Source: an uncultured Gammaproteobacteria bacterium | GTDB lineage: Bacteria; Patescibacteriota; Microgenomatia; Levybacterales; GWA1-39-11 | Assembly: GCA_964511965.1 (NCBI GenBank) | Contig: CAZEGF010000022.1 | Coordinates: 12,101 to 76,100 of the forward strand | Direction: 5' to 3' | Length of the DNA: 64,000 nucleotides | Shown here: in pieces, positions 1-9,369 of the stretch | Layout of the letters: each line of letters opens with the position of its first letter | Numbering within the stretch: position 1 is the stretch's first letter | Program-made: the position numbers and the translations under genes | Notes under the pieces: model-generated | What the model saw: only the letters and a program-made list of their open reading frames with translations | Told to the model about the DNA's origin: nothing | Database searches by the model: none

Positions 1-209
1 AGTTCTATTCCATCTGCATTTGCATTTCCTTGATAGTATCTTTTTTTTGAATACCCTTCGGAATATTTATTGGTAAAAACAGAAGAGAGTGCAGATCTGA
101 CTTCAAGGGAAGCATAATTTTCAGATGGAATTAAAGTAATTGTATCTCTTTGCCTTTTGTCTTCTTTTTGAAGAAGAGTATAAACTTCAGGATCTTTTTG
201 GCTTAGCAT
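1..209 (-). CDS. glyA: Serine hydroxymethyltransferase, N-terminal part; the gene continues beyond the window start
   Basis: Reverse-strand translation from the ATG at 207-209 gives MLSQKDPEVYTLLQKEDKRQRDTITLIPSENYASLEVRSALSSVFTNKYSEGYSKKRYY, the classic SHMT N-terminus (IPSENY...TNKYSEGY). Confidence 0.8.
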   Translation of the reverse strand, partial: MLSQKDPEVYTLLQKEDKRQRDTITLIPSENYASLEVRSALSSVFTNKYSEGYSKKRYYQGNANADGIE

Positions 210-229
210 AATTTAGGGTATAGCTATTA

Positions 230-274
230 GGGTTTAAGCGAAGCTTGACCCTTGTGGGATAGCGTTTAGTTTAG
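230..274. repeat. About 45-bp dispersed repeat, copy 1 (gggtttaagcgaagcttgacccttgtgggatagcgtttagttt), in a divergent promoter region
   Basis: Near-identical copy at 15625-15668 with 2-3 mismatches. Both copies lie between divergently transcribed genes. Confidence 0.85.
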
Positions 275-363
275 AAAAGAATAGTTTAAGCAGTGTGGTT
301 TGTCAATATATGTAATTTACTAAACCCTAGGAACTAAACCCTTTATTCTGATACTATTGAATT

Positions 364-966
364 ATGGAGGAGATGATTGAAAAAATTGGGTGGAAGAAAT
401 TCGCAATTATTGTTGTTGTTCTTTGCTTTGTTCTTCTTTCATTTGCACTTTTATCTTTCATGAATATTGATCGAAAGCAGACGGAGGTGCTGAAAAAGAA
501 AATTGAAACTAACAAACAGCAAACAAACAACTCAAATAAAAGTGAAGGGTTTAAAAATACCGAATTTCAACCTTATATAACATCCGATTATCAGTTGAAG
601 TATCCCGGAGATATGACTGTTCAAAAAGCACAACCTGCAATAGGTGCAAAAAGCAGTGTCCAATTCGTGAATCAAAACAATAACTCCAGTATTTTCATTG
701 AAGTTTTTGCAAAACCGAAGAACTCATATGAGGATTTGATACGACCGTATCTTCTTAATAATTATGAACCTGAAGCACAACCACTTTCTTTCGAAAATTC
801 AGTGGAATTTATTCCTAAAAAAATTGAGGATCCACTAATTCACAAGAAAATTGATTTTGTCGAGAAAAAAGATGTGATTATAAAGATAACTTTAACGTAT
901 TCAAAAAATGGTTTAGATACAGAGCTTGAGCGGAATTTTGTCAAAATGATGCTTTCTTTAAAATAG
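364..966 (+). CDS. Hypothetical membrane-anchored protein with a single N-terminal TM
   Basis: 200-aa ORF with hydrophobic segment FAIIVVVLCFVLLSFALLSF near the N-terminus. No recognisable domain. Confidence 0.45.
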   Translation: MEEMIEKIGWKKFAIIVVVLCFVLLSFALLSFMNIDRKQTEVLKKKIETNKQQTNNSNKSEGFKNTEFQPYITSDYQLKYPGDMTVQKAQPAIGAKSSVQFVNQNNNSSIFIEVFAKPKNSYEDLIRPYLLNNYEPEAQPLSFENSVEFIPKKIEDPLIHKKIDFVEKKDVIIKITLTYSKNGLDTELERNFVKMMLSLK

Positions 967-968
967 AT

Positions 969-1781
969 TTAGTATTGAATTGTTGTGCAGGCTTCACTGA
1001 TATCTCCTTCGCCACGATCTCCATCATGAAGAATTATTTGCGCTCTATAAATATGACCATCGGTTAAACCAAGGTTTTTTACTTCCCATATCATTTCAGC
1101 GCCATACGAGGGCTCAAATCTCTGATTTTGACCATCAAATTTGACATTTGATTCTTTTGGAAAAGGGTCAGCACCCGGTCCCAAGTCAAGAGCATTTGCA
1201 GGGAATGGTGCGGTATTTGAATTAAGAGCCTTCCAAGCTCCAAATATTTCATCAGGTTTGTGGGGCTTTCCTCCACTTTGAACATCACCATCTGTGTTGG
1301 CAGGATCTGTTGTTATATCACTGATAAATATTGCAGGGTAGAACGGAAATCCATTCGAGTCTTTTGCTGTTTCATCTCCTACATTAGGATTTATGGCATG
1401 ATCTTGAGAGCTTTTAGGCTCGGTAACCGCTCCTTTTCCAAGAGTTATTGGCCATTCATCCTGATAAAACACTTTAATTTTCCCATCTTTTTGCACAATA
1501 TTTCCGGGTGCAGGGTCTATTGCCCAGAGGATATATGGTTCCGAAATTCCTTGAATTTTCCCATTTCCACAGTCTAATGTAGGTGGGATAAATCTTTTAA
1601 ATTTCAGAGTTTTTAATTGAAGGTTTTGATTTGCCGGTCCTATATCTGATGTGTCCTGACCATATTGCTCAGTAGGATTTGTTGCGGATTTGTTGATCAT
1701 CGCGCCACTAGTCATAAGTATCCCAAAAGCAATAACGATAAAAAGTAGTGGCATCAAAATCTGACCTTTCTGTATTTGCAT
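969..1781 (-). CDS. Hypothetical secreted or membrane-anchored protein
   Basis: 270-aa ORF with an N-terminal hydrophobic segment (PLLFIVIAFGILMTSGA). No recognisable domain. Confidence 0.45.
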   Translation of the reverse strand: MQIQKGQILMPLLFIVIAFGILMTSGAMINKSATNPTEQYGQDTSDIGPANQNLQLKTLKFKRFIPPTLDCGNGKIQGISEPYILWAIDPAPGNIVQKDGKIKVFYQDEWPITLGKGAVTEPKSSQDHAINPNVGDETAKDSNGFPFYPAIFISDITTDPANTDGDVQSGGKPHKPDEIFGAWKALNSNTAPFPANALDLGPGADPFPKESNVKFDGQNQRFEPSYGAEMIWEVKNLGLTDGHIYRAQIILHDGDRGEGDISEACTTIQY

Positions 1782-1948
1782 AATATTTCTTGCTTCTAGC
1801 TACTAGCTTCTAGCTACTAACTACTGAGCCTCCGGCTCGATGCTCCTTCCTTCGACAAGCTCAGGACTGGCGTTATTATCAATAACGCCGCCCTGCTCCC
1901 AGAGCACTAGCCATTTCATGGCGGCGCATTCTAATTTGAGGGTCGTTG

Positions 1949-2968
1949 TCATCTGTCGATGACACCTCCCCATTCTATAGCTGTAAATCCAATACGTTTT
2001 GGAGGAGTGGGTGGATCAAATAGTTTGGTTTCAAACTTCTCATCAACACCTTTAAAGTATGCGATAAACTGGATGAAGGTATCTGGTTTTGGTGAAATTT
2101 CAACATGATCAGTTCTTTCTTTTTCCTCGCGGTCTAAAATTGAGAAGAAAATATATTTTTTGTTAAGATCTGTCAAGCGGGGAGTCCAGTATTCAACGAA
2201 TTCTTCCGATTCGAAAGAATTAAGACCAAGTTTTTGTGTTTTAATTTTAAGTTCATTTCTTATGTTTTCGGTTTTAATAAACATTCCATTGTTGGGAGCA
2301 TTTAGCGTTTTTGATTCTGACTCGTAATAAAGCTCCCTGTAGTAATTACCTTGGTATTTCAAAACTCCGCTTGGCATGGCCAACACTCCAAACCAGCCAT
2401 TATTATATTCAGGAATACTTTCTACTATGTTTCCTGACACTGTAACATCAACAAAAGTAGGTTTTTCAGGGTACAGATAAATTACCGGTTTTCCCATGCA
2501 ATACCAATGGCATGACGGATCCTCTGAAGCACGCGCCTGACATTGAGGCGTGTCGCCTGTACATGTTGGATTTGCAAGTGGTGGGAAATTCCCATTGCAA
2601 TACAGTCCAATTGGTAGATTTGGATTACAGGTGCAACCTATCCTTTCCCCATAGTGAGGGCAGTAATTGCCTGTGGGAGTAGGGATAATTGTAATTCCCG
2701 GTTGTGTGGGAATTGGGGTAACTGCTGTTGGAGTTGGAGAATCAAAATCAAGATCTGTCATGTGTAGCCCTTTGCTATCTACCTGTTTGCTACCGGATGA
2801 CGTATACGTATTTGTATCTGAAATTGGAGATTTGGGGTGCTTGAAAAATCCAGTAAAGTTCATGATGACAAGAAGAACAAGCCCCATGAAAAAAAGAGAA
2901 AGAGCAGAAAAACCCTTCTGCTGTTTAGTAGACATAAGACAGTAGACATAAGACAGAAGTTTAATCAT
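1949..2968 (-). CDS. Secreted Cys/Pro-rich protein; true start may be the internal Met at about 2935
   Basis: 339-aa ORF with a TM/signal segment after MSTKQQKGFSALSLFFMGLVLLVIM. The first 11 codons are encoded by the hexamer repeat agacataagacag, so the start at 2968 is doubtful. Confidence 0.5.
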   Translation of the reverse strand: MIKLLSYVYCLMSTKQQKGFSALSLFFMGLVLLVIMNFTGFFKHPKSPISDTNTYTSSGSKQVDSKGLHMTDLDFDSPTPTAVTPIPTQPGITIIPTPTGNYCPHYGERIGCTCNPNLPIGLYCNGNFPPLANPTCTGDTPQCQARASEDPSCHWYCMGKPVIYLYPEKPTFVDVTVSGNIVESIPEYNNGWFGVLAMPSGVLKYQGNYYRELYYESESKTLNAPNNGMFIKTENIRNELKIKTQKLGLNSFESEEFVEYWTPRLTDLNKKYIFFSILDREEKERTDHVEISPKPDTFIQFIAYFKGVDEKFETKLFDPPTPPKRIGFTAIEWGGVIDR

Positions 2969-3029
2969 ATAAATAGTATAGAGCTTTTAACATTTCACTT
3001 CTACCTTATGACTTCTGACTTATAGCTTC

Positions 3030-3725
3030 TTATTTATAAACTACCGGGGGCTCTGTCGGGAAAACGCCATTGATGGGATAATTTACGATAAGAGTGCTTT
3101 TTTGAAGAACTATAACTTTTCCGCCGTTTCTATTGATCAAAGCAGTTGCAGGAGAGAATGATATTGAAGTTTTTGTGACATTTGTGTTTTTGGGTACAAA
3201 TGTAAGTACAGCTACTTTACCTTGCCCTTTTTGTAGGGGAGTTGTTGCGGCCATTTGAAGAGGAAGAGTTATAATCCCATGAACAGTGTCATTTGAAGAG
3301 GAAGATGTCTCAAAGGCGAGTGAAACTGTAGAATTTTTGTCTTTGAACTGGGTAAGTGTTACATTGTCAATTACATTGGGGTTATAGGCTATAGAAATAT
3401 TTGCCCCGGAGATTTCTTTGCCCCAGGTGTTAACATATACATCAATTGATTGCGTTTTTCCTGGCAATGCATTCACTGTGGTCGGATCAAAATAAACCGT
3501 CGCTTCAGGAGAAGTGAGATTTACTGTCGGTGTAGGGCCAGTGAAAATCCCATTTTTCCCACCTTTTCCGGTAATAAGTGCCACGACAAAAATTATAACT
3601 AGAAAAAGAACTATTGCCCCAGCCAAAAGAACGACTTTGTTTTTAATCAGTTTCTGCAAAGTAACTTCTGGCTTCTGGCTTTTAGCTTCTGGCTCCTGAC
3701 TTATGTTTTTATTTTCTTCTTCCAT
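3030..3725 (-). CDS. Membrane-anchored surface protein, possibly with an Ig-like or cohesin-like beta domain
   Basis: 231-aa ORF with N-terminal TM VVLLAGAIVLFLVIIFVVALI. The N-terminal tail SQEPEAKSQKPEV is encoded by the AGCCAGAAGC repeat. Confidence 0.5.
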   Translation of the reverse strand: MEEENKNISQEPEAKSQKPEVTLQKLIKNKVVLLAGAIVLFLVIIFVVALITGKGGKNGIFTGPTPTVNLTSPEATVYFDPTTVNALPGKTQSIDVYVNTWGKEISGANISIAYNPNVIDNVTLTQFKDKNSTVSLAFETSSSSNDTVHGIITLPLQMAATTPLQKGQGKVAVLTFVPKNTNVTKTSISFSPATALINRNGGKVIVLQKSTLIVNYPINGVFPTEPPVVYK

Positions 3726-3726
3726 A

Positions 3727-5856
3727 TTAATTTGACGTACAACAAAGCCCCCTTATGTCTCCATATGCTGCAGCACAATCCGCATCTCCTACTGGTCTTG
3801 GATTTGGATATGAACCTGTACAAGCTGGTTTAGCCTGACAACTATTTACCCTCCCGTCTCCATTATCTATTGGACAACCTGATGCAGCAGGTCCTTTTGT
3901 TGGAACTGGGGTAGTGGTAGTTCCAGGTGCAGATGTTACAACAGGTGGAGCAGCTGTACATGTTGAAAGTGGTTGATTTCCTCTCGTATAACACTGTGGG
4001 GTGTCTGGATTCCATCCGGCGCATGCAGTATTTGCAGTACTGTCATTGCTTGGTCCAAATCCAACCTGACAATAATTAGTAGGTACACAAAGATGATTTC
4101 CATCATTTGGACATCCTTTTGATTGTGGAGTTGGTGTTGAGTATGGAGTAGAACCTTTACAAACTGCGGGGTCAGTGTTTGCCGGCATTGCACTTTTTGT
4201 GACACTACACCATTTCATACCAGTTGATGGGAAAGGCATGCAATAGTATTTTGTCGGGTCATCAAGAGATGGCTCTGGATTATGAGTTGATGCACATCCG
4301 CAGGAAGTTTGTGAGTCACATGCACACCCTGTTCCTTTTTGTCCAACGGTACAATTCTTTGCTACTCCAGCTGTGGGAGTAGGAGTAGGTGTTCCCGGTG
4401 GATAGAGGCAATGGAAGATCTTATCACCATCAGGATCTAAGCATCTTGCGCCAGCTGCATAATCTGAGCAATCGTTGTCATTTCCTTTTATACAAACGCT
4501 TTGCAGACTCAATTTTCCATAGCACCCCTGTCCTGCATCAACACAAGTGCCAGCAACATCGCAATACCTTTTGTTGTCTGGACAGCAGTGAGTAAGAGTA
4601 TTTTTGTCTTGAGTACCTGAGGAATTGTAGTCAAAAGTACAGGTATAATTTGGACCATTTACTTTTGCACAGTCAACTACAGCTCCACCCACTCCGGCTT
4701 TACAAACTGGAGTTACAGAAGTATCAATCCATGGAACTTGGTCGCATGGGTTATTTGGGTCCGTTGGAGAGCTGAATTTAACATCTACATAGTTTGTTCC
4801 GTCAGCACCAGTTTTTGTACATTTATACCTATCAGCGTACTGTCTACCTTTAACTGCTGTTGCAGGATTTGTTTCTCCTATAAATTTCCCTCCGCATGTT
4901 GCTCCCCAATATCCATCCGGTTTGCTAAATGCTGTATCCAGATTTCCTTTCCCTTCTGCAGTACACCTGTCACTAGATGGAGCAGGACTGTCCTGCCCTG
5001 GAGCTGTTGTTGTGGAGGCGGGTGGAGGATTGTTTCCTGATCCGTTTGATTGTAATTTTCTTGCGGCGTATTTGACTGTGTTGTAGCAGCAAACTCCGCC
5101 ATTGGAGCATTTATTATATGAAGTAGATGTATATTTAGCTTGATTTGGTCCTGAGCATGGGTTTGAAGACGTGTCACATGAGAATACCTCTGCAGTTTGA
5201 GCTGGCGTGTACGGTGGGTCATAATCCAGACATGAATTATCTCCTGATGGTGCTGGCGATTCTGAGCCCCATCCACAAGTGTGAGTTGTACTATCGCAGT
5301 GAGCTGGGTTATAGCAAGCATCATTTCTATTACAGGCGGCGCCAACTGGAAGACTATTGGGGTTAACACAAATAGATAACCCCTGAAAGTCTCTACCTGC
5401 ACAAAATTGACCATTGTTACAGTAAGAATCTAAACCATAACATTGTTTACCTGTAGTATTGGATGATGAAGATGGGGCAGGTGAATTTGTCGGATATTCT
5501 TCTCTACCTTTAGGTGGTGGAGTATAACTTCCAGCATCCTCTACGCACTTAATACCCCCAGCGCTAGCTGGATTTATCTCTTCACACATATAACCTAAAT
5601 CTACACAATGACTATTAACTGGACATGAAAAAGATTCTTTTGAGCTGCCCCGAAGACCAGCAGGGAATTTAATTGTTTTTTTGTCATATGTAGTAGAGCT
5701 AGTGCAATTAAAACTTACTGGTTCAAGAGCCGGGTAGTCACATTTTTTTAGAACCGTATCCCCTTCTGCAGCTTGGATAGCTTGTGGTGAAATTAGAATG
5801 AATAGTGAAATACCGAATAAAACAATAAAAAAAACAAAGTTGGAGAATGATTTCAT
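3727..5856 (-). CDS. Large secreted Cys-rich protein
   Basis: 709-aa ORF with signal peptide MKSFSNFVFFIVLFGISLFILISPQAIQA. It carries many Cys residues and Thr/Pro/Ser-rich linkers. Adjacent to other surface-protein genes on the same strand. Confidence 0.6.
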   Translation of the reverse strand: MKSFSNFVFFIVLFGISLFILISPQAIQAAEGDTVLKKCDYPALEPVSFNCTSSTTYDKKTIKFPAGLRGSSKESFSCPVNSHCVDLGYMCEEINPASAGGIKCVEDAGSYTPPPKGREEYPTNSPAPSSSSNTTGKQCYGLDSYCNNGQFCAGRDFQGLSICVNPNSLPVGAACNRNDACYNPAHCDSTTHTCGWGSESPAPSGDNSCLDYDPPYTPAQTAEVFSCDTSSNPCSGPNQAKYTSTSYNKCSNGGVCCYNTVKYAARKLQSNGSGNNPPPASTTTAPGQDSPAPSSDRCTAEGKGNLDTAFSKPDGYWGATCGGKFIGETNPATAVKGRQYADRYKCTKTGADGTNYVDVKFSSPTDPNNPCDQVPWIDTSVTPVCKAGVGGAVVDCAKVNGPNYTCTFDYNSSGTQDKNTLTHCCPDNKRYCDVAGTCVDAGQGCYGKLSLQSVCIKGNDNDCSDYAAGARCLDPDGDKIFHCLYPPGTPTPTPTAGVAKNCTVGQKGTGCACDSQTSCGCASTHNPEPSLDDPTKYYCMPFPSTGMKWCSVTKSAMPANTDPAVCKGSTPYSTPTPQSKGCPNDGNHLCVPTNYCQVGFGPSNDSTANTACAGWNPDTPQCYTRGNQPLSTCTAAPPVVTSAPGTTTTPVPTKGPAASGCPIDNGDGRVNSCQAKPACTGSYPNPRPVGDADCAAAYGDIRGLCCTSN

Positions 5857-5908
5857 GCTACCATAACTTTATTAAGTTTTATATTCAATGTCAACATTAC
5901 TAATTCTA

Positions 5909-6442
5909 CTAGCAGCCGGTAGGGGGGCCGGTTTTTATTACTTTTTCGACACCTCCCGATGAAAGTTTTATTCTCCAATTTTTTGTATTGTAGCCGGTTG
6001 CGTTATCAAGTTTTACGCTGTAATTTTCGGCAGGTGAATGAAAGGGGATTGCAGCATCTAGCTTCCACGTACCAACAGGATTTTCAATCTCAAGAGTGAT
6101 TGTGCCATCAGTACTTCCTTTTGCCGTGATATTTTCTTGCTTGAAAGAAGACTTTCCTGTTTGGCAAGTCCCCTCCACAATATCAATTGACCAACTGGCA
6201 TCTGGAGTAGGGGTGACGGTTGTGCTTCCAGGGGTAGAATTTGCGTCAGTAGTAGGGGAGGGCTCGTCAGTTATTGAAGATGGTTCATTTCCGGTAAAAA
6301 GTGAGCCTCCACCACCTGCAAGCATTACAGCAAAAATGATAACAACAATGACAAGAATAATATAAACGGTGGATTGGCCGCGCGAGCGTTGCTCGCGTGT
6401 AGCAAGTAGCAAGTAGTAAGCATCAAGGCAGTTTTTGAGCAT
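5909..6442 (-). CDS. Membrane-anchored Thr/Pro-rich surface protein
   Basis: 177-aa ORF with a TM followed by a Gly- and Thr/Pro-rich linker. The N-terminal tail overlaps the AGCAAG repeat plus the palindrome cgcgagcgttgctcgcg. Confidence 0.45.
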   Translation of the reverse strand: MLKNCLDAYYLLLATREQRSRGQSTVYIILVIVVIIFAVMLAGGGGSLFTGNEPSSITDEPSPTTDANSTPGSTTVTPTPDASWSIDIVEGTCQTGKSSFKQENITAKGSTDGTITLEIENPVGTWKLDAAIPFHSPAENYSVKLDNATGYNTKNWRIKLSSGGVEKVIKTGPPTGC

Positions 6443-6508
6443 AGTTTAAGCATACCACAGAGTCACGATATTCTTGATTCTTTATTCTTTATTTGCGTAC
6501 AATGAAGT

Positions 6509-7447
6509 ATGGCTGAAAGACGAAAACGTGGTGGATATTTTGGTAACGGAGGTTCTTCATCTGGTGGTCGTTTTGGAATGAGTCTTACTGGACCGGGTAC
6601 AATGTTCACTATTGCATTCATTGCACTAGCAATTGGCATGGGCATATTACTCTCAAGAGGAGTAACTCCAAAAACAGTCCTCTCGGATCCGGGTGAAACG
6701 GGAGACTTGGAATTGGTTCTTGAAACCCCTTCTGCAAATGGATCACGTCTACAATTAAAAACTTTGAAATTTAGAGAATGCGCAAGTAAGGCTGCTGTTG
6801 GACTTATTGTTGATCGCTCTGGGTCTATGAGGGGAGAAAAGATGACAAATCTTAAAGATGCGCTTAGTACATTCACTACAGGGCTTGGTAACCAATCAGT
6901 AATTGGTATGATTTCATTTAGTAGTAATGATAACTCAATCGAAACGAGTGAAGATGTTCCATTTTCAAGATATCAGGATGTAAAAGGACAAGTTGCTTCT
7001 GCTATAAAAGCGCTATATGCAGCAGGTTCTACCCACACAAGAGCTGCATTTGCACTCATGAAAGATAGAATTATTGTAGCACAAAAAAAATTCCCCGAAA
7101 ATAATTTTGCAATGATTTTATTGTCTGACGGTGTCCCTGAGGATAGATCCGAAACAGGAACGAATTGTCCAAGTGGCCTGTTACATGGAGGAAGATGTTT
7201 TGCATTATCTCAAGATCCAACTCAAGAACCAAGTATAGCTCGTGAAATCCGTGATGCAGGAATAAATGTTTACGCGATAGCAATTTATGATAAAAATGAT
7301 CCGGATGATGTGTATTTTCTGCCAGCAATGCGCAACATGATGCAAAATATTGTGTCTTCTCCTACTAATTTTTACGAGACTCCAGATCCAACGAAATTGA
7401 AACAAATATACAAAGAAATCGCACAAAAAATCTGCAGCGACCTCTGA
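6509..7447 (+). CDS. von Willebrand factor type A (vWA) domain protein, membrane-anchored
   Basis: The MIDAS motif DRSGSM (DxSxS) follows an N-terminal TM. Length and layout are typical of vWA proteins. Confidence 0.75.
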   Translation: MAERRKRGGYFGNGGSSSGGRFGMSLTGPGTMFTIAFIALAIGMGILLSRGVTPKTVLSDPGETGDLELVLETPSANGSRLQLKTLKFRECASKAAVGLIVDRSGSMRGEKMTNLKDALSTFTTGLGNQSVIGMISFSSNDNSIETSEDVPFSRYQDVKGQVASAIKALYAAGSTHTRAAFALMKDRIIVAQKKFPENNFAMILLSDGVPEDRSETGTNCPSGLLHGGRCFALSQDPTQEPSIAREIRDAGINVYAIAIYDKNDPDDVYFLPAMRNMMQNIVSSPTNFYETPDPTKLKQIYKEIAQKICSDL

Positions 7448-7480
7448 TAAGTAGCAAGCAGCAAGCATTATGTAGAAAGG

Positions 7481-7846
7481 TTAATAGGAGGATTTAAGAC
7501 TTTTAATTAGTCCATTTATCATCTTGTGTGTTTCTATAGTTAATTCCCAAGCTAAATCAAAATTCTTTTTCTCTATTAATCCTAAATCTCTTGAAGCAAT
7601 AAGTTGATTTTGGACTTCAACAACAGAACCTAATGCGATATTGTAAAATTGAACCTTTTCTCTTAATGAGGATCGTCCAAAACCCTCGGCAATATTGGAT
7701 GTAATGGAGAGTACGGCTCTTCTAATTTGCGAAGTTAAGCCAAATTGTTCTGAAGCTGGAAATCGAGAAGTTGCCTTGTAGACTAGAAGTAATAATGCAT
7801 GTCCTTTCTGCCAACAATTTAGATCAGTAAAGTTTTGAATTTTCAT
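7481..7846 (-). CDS. Four-helix-bundle protein (23S rRNA intervening-sequence protein family)
   Basis: WQKGHALLLLVYKATSRFP...ITSNIAEGFGRSS...FYNIALGSVVEVQNQL matches the IVS-protein / four-helix-bundle family. Confidence 0.8.
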   Translation of the reverse strand: MKIQNFTDLNCWQKGHALLLLVYKATSRFPASEQFGLTSQIRRAVLSITSNIAEGFGRSSLREKVQFYNIALGSVVEVQNQLIASRDLGLIEKKNFDLAWELTIETHKMINGLIKSLKSSY

Positions 7847-7967
7847 CCTTTCTACCTGCTACTTGATACATTCTACTACATCAGGTATAATTACCTTCAT
7901 TACACACGCTTTGGATTACTTCCTGGCTGCAATACGCCTGCAAAGCGGAGGAAAGTAAGGAATAAAT

Positions 7968-8789
7968 ATGAGACAAATCACATTAGAAGAATTATTGGAA
8001 GCAGGTTGTCATTTTGGACATCAGGTTAACCGTCGGAATCCAAAAGCTAACCGCTATATTTTTGAAGCCCGCAGTGGGGTTAATATCATCAATCTTGAAG
8101 CAACTCAGGAGGGTCTTATTGCGGCTGCTGAGTATGTTAAGGATCTTGCTTCAAGAGGTGGAAGTCTCGTAGTGGTTGGTACAAAAAGGCAAGCTCAAAC
8201 TATTGTTAAAGAAGAAGTAGAACGTGCTCGTGAAATAACTCCAGACACAATTCACTATATAATTTCCCGGTGGATTGGTGGAATTTTTACAAATTTTGAA
8301 GAAGTTAAGAAAAATTTCAAAAAATTAGTAGACCTTGAAAAAATAGTAACCGCTGAAGACCGCGGAGGATACACGAAAAGAGAAGTGGGAATTTTTGAGA
8401 AAGAACTCGCAAAACTCAAAGATATATATGGTGGGCTTTATACTATTAAAGAAGCTCCTGAAGCTGTTTTTATCATCGACACACATGGGGAAAACACTGC
8501 AGTCAGAGAAGCAGGAAGAGTTGGACTTACCACAATTGGAATAACCGATACAAATGCAGATCCATCTGAAGTTACTTATTCAATTCCGGCAAATGACGAT
8601 GCAGTCGGATCGATAAAATTAATAACTACCTATTTAATAGATGCATGGATCGAAGGATCAAAGGAAAAAACAAAAGCAGATAACATTGCCGCTGAAAAAG
8701 CAGCGAAAGAGGTTGCCAAGAAGGCCCGCCCGCAAGCGTCTGAGCGAAGCGATGACGGGCAGGCAAAAGCAGCAGATGGTAAGAATTAG
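7968..8789 (+). CDS. rpsB: 30S ribosomal protein S2
   Basis: LLEAGCHFGHQVNRRNPKANRYIF...IIDTHGENTAVREAGRVGLTTIGITDTN is canonical S2. Followed by tsf. Confidence 0.95.
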   Translation: MRQITLEELLEAGCHFGHQVNRRNPKANRYIFEARSGVNIINLEATQEGLIAAAEYVKDLASRGGSLVVVGTKRQAQTIVKEEVERAREITPDTIHYIISRWIGGIFTNFEEVKKNFKKLVDLEKIVTAEDRGGYTKREVGIFEKELAKLKDIYGGLYTIKEAPEAVFIIDTHGENTAVREAGRVGLTTIGITDTNADPSEVTYSIPANDDAVGSIKLITTYLIDAWIEGSKEKTKADNIAAEKAAKEVAKKARPQASERSDDGQAKAADGKN

Positions 8790-8858
8790 GATTTAAGAAT
8801 TAGTGATCAGTCTGTAAAGATTTATCACTCATTCCTATCATCTTTATTCCTAAAAAAT

Positions 8859-9311
8859 ATGAAAATAACAGCAGAACAAATAAAAACATTAAGAGAAAAA
8901 ACACAAGCCGGCTTTGCCGATTGTAAAAATGCTTTGGAAGAGGCAAAGGGGGATATGAAAAAAGCAGAAGATATTCTACGAAAAAAAGGCTTTGAAAAAG
9001 CAGCTAAAAAGAGCGATCGCGAAACAGGACAAGGTCTTGTTGAATCATATGTTCACCAGACAGGAAAAGTAGGAGTACTAGTTTCGTTATTGTGCGAAAC
9101 TGATTTTGTTGCAAGAACAGATGAATTTAAAACACTCGCTCATGAAGTTGCAATGCAAGTTGCTGCAATGAACCCAAAAGATACAGCAGCTTTGTTAAAA
9201 CAAGAATATATAAGAGATGGCAGTAAAACTATCAATGATTTAGTCACCGAAACAATCGCGAAATTAGGAGAAAATATCCAAATCGGAGACTTCAAGAGAT
9301 CAGAAATTTAG
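8859..9311 (+). CDS. tsf: Elongation factor Ts, short 150-aa form
   Basis: MKITAEQIKTLREKTQAGFADCKNALEEAKGDMKKAEDILRKKG is the EF-Ts N-terminal UBA-like domain. The rpsB-tsf order is conserved. The short length is typical of CPR-type EF-Ts. Confidence 0.9.
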   Translation: MKITAEQIKTLREKTQAGFADCKNALEEAKGDMKKAEDILRKKGFEKAAKKSDRETGQGLVESYVHQTGKVGVLVSLLCETDFVARTDEFKTLAHEVAMQVAAMNPKDTAALLKQEYIRDGSKTINDLVTETIAKLGENIQIGDFKRSEI

Positions 9312-9369
9312 TCTTTAGTCATTAGTCCTCAGACTTTAGTTTTTATCAGAATTTCTATATAATGAGTCA

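Noticed and set aside
4389-5414. Internal and antisense ORFs inside the 709-aa Cys-rich gene (e.g. 4878..5414 -, 4738..5040 +)
   Set aside because: Nested within a longer ORF that has a clear signal peptide. No independent start signals.
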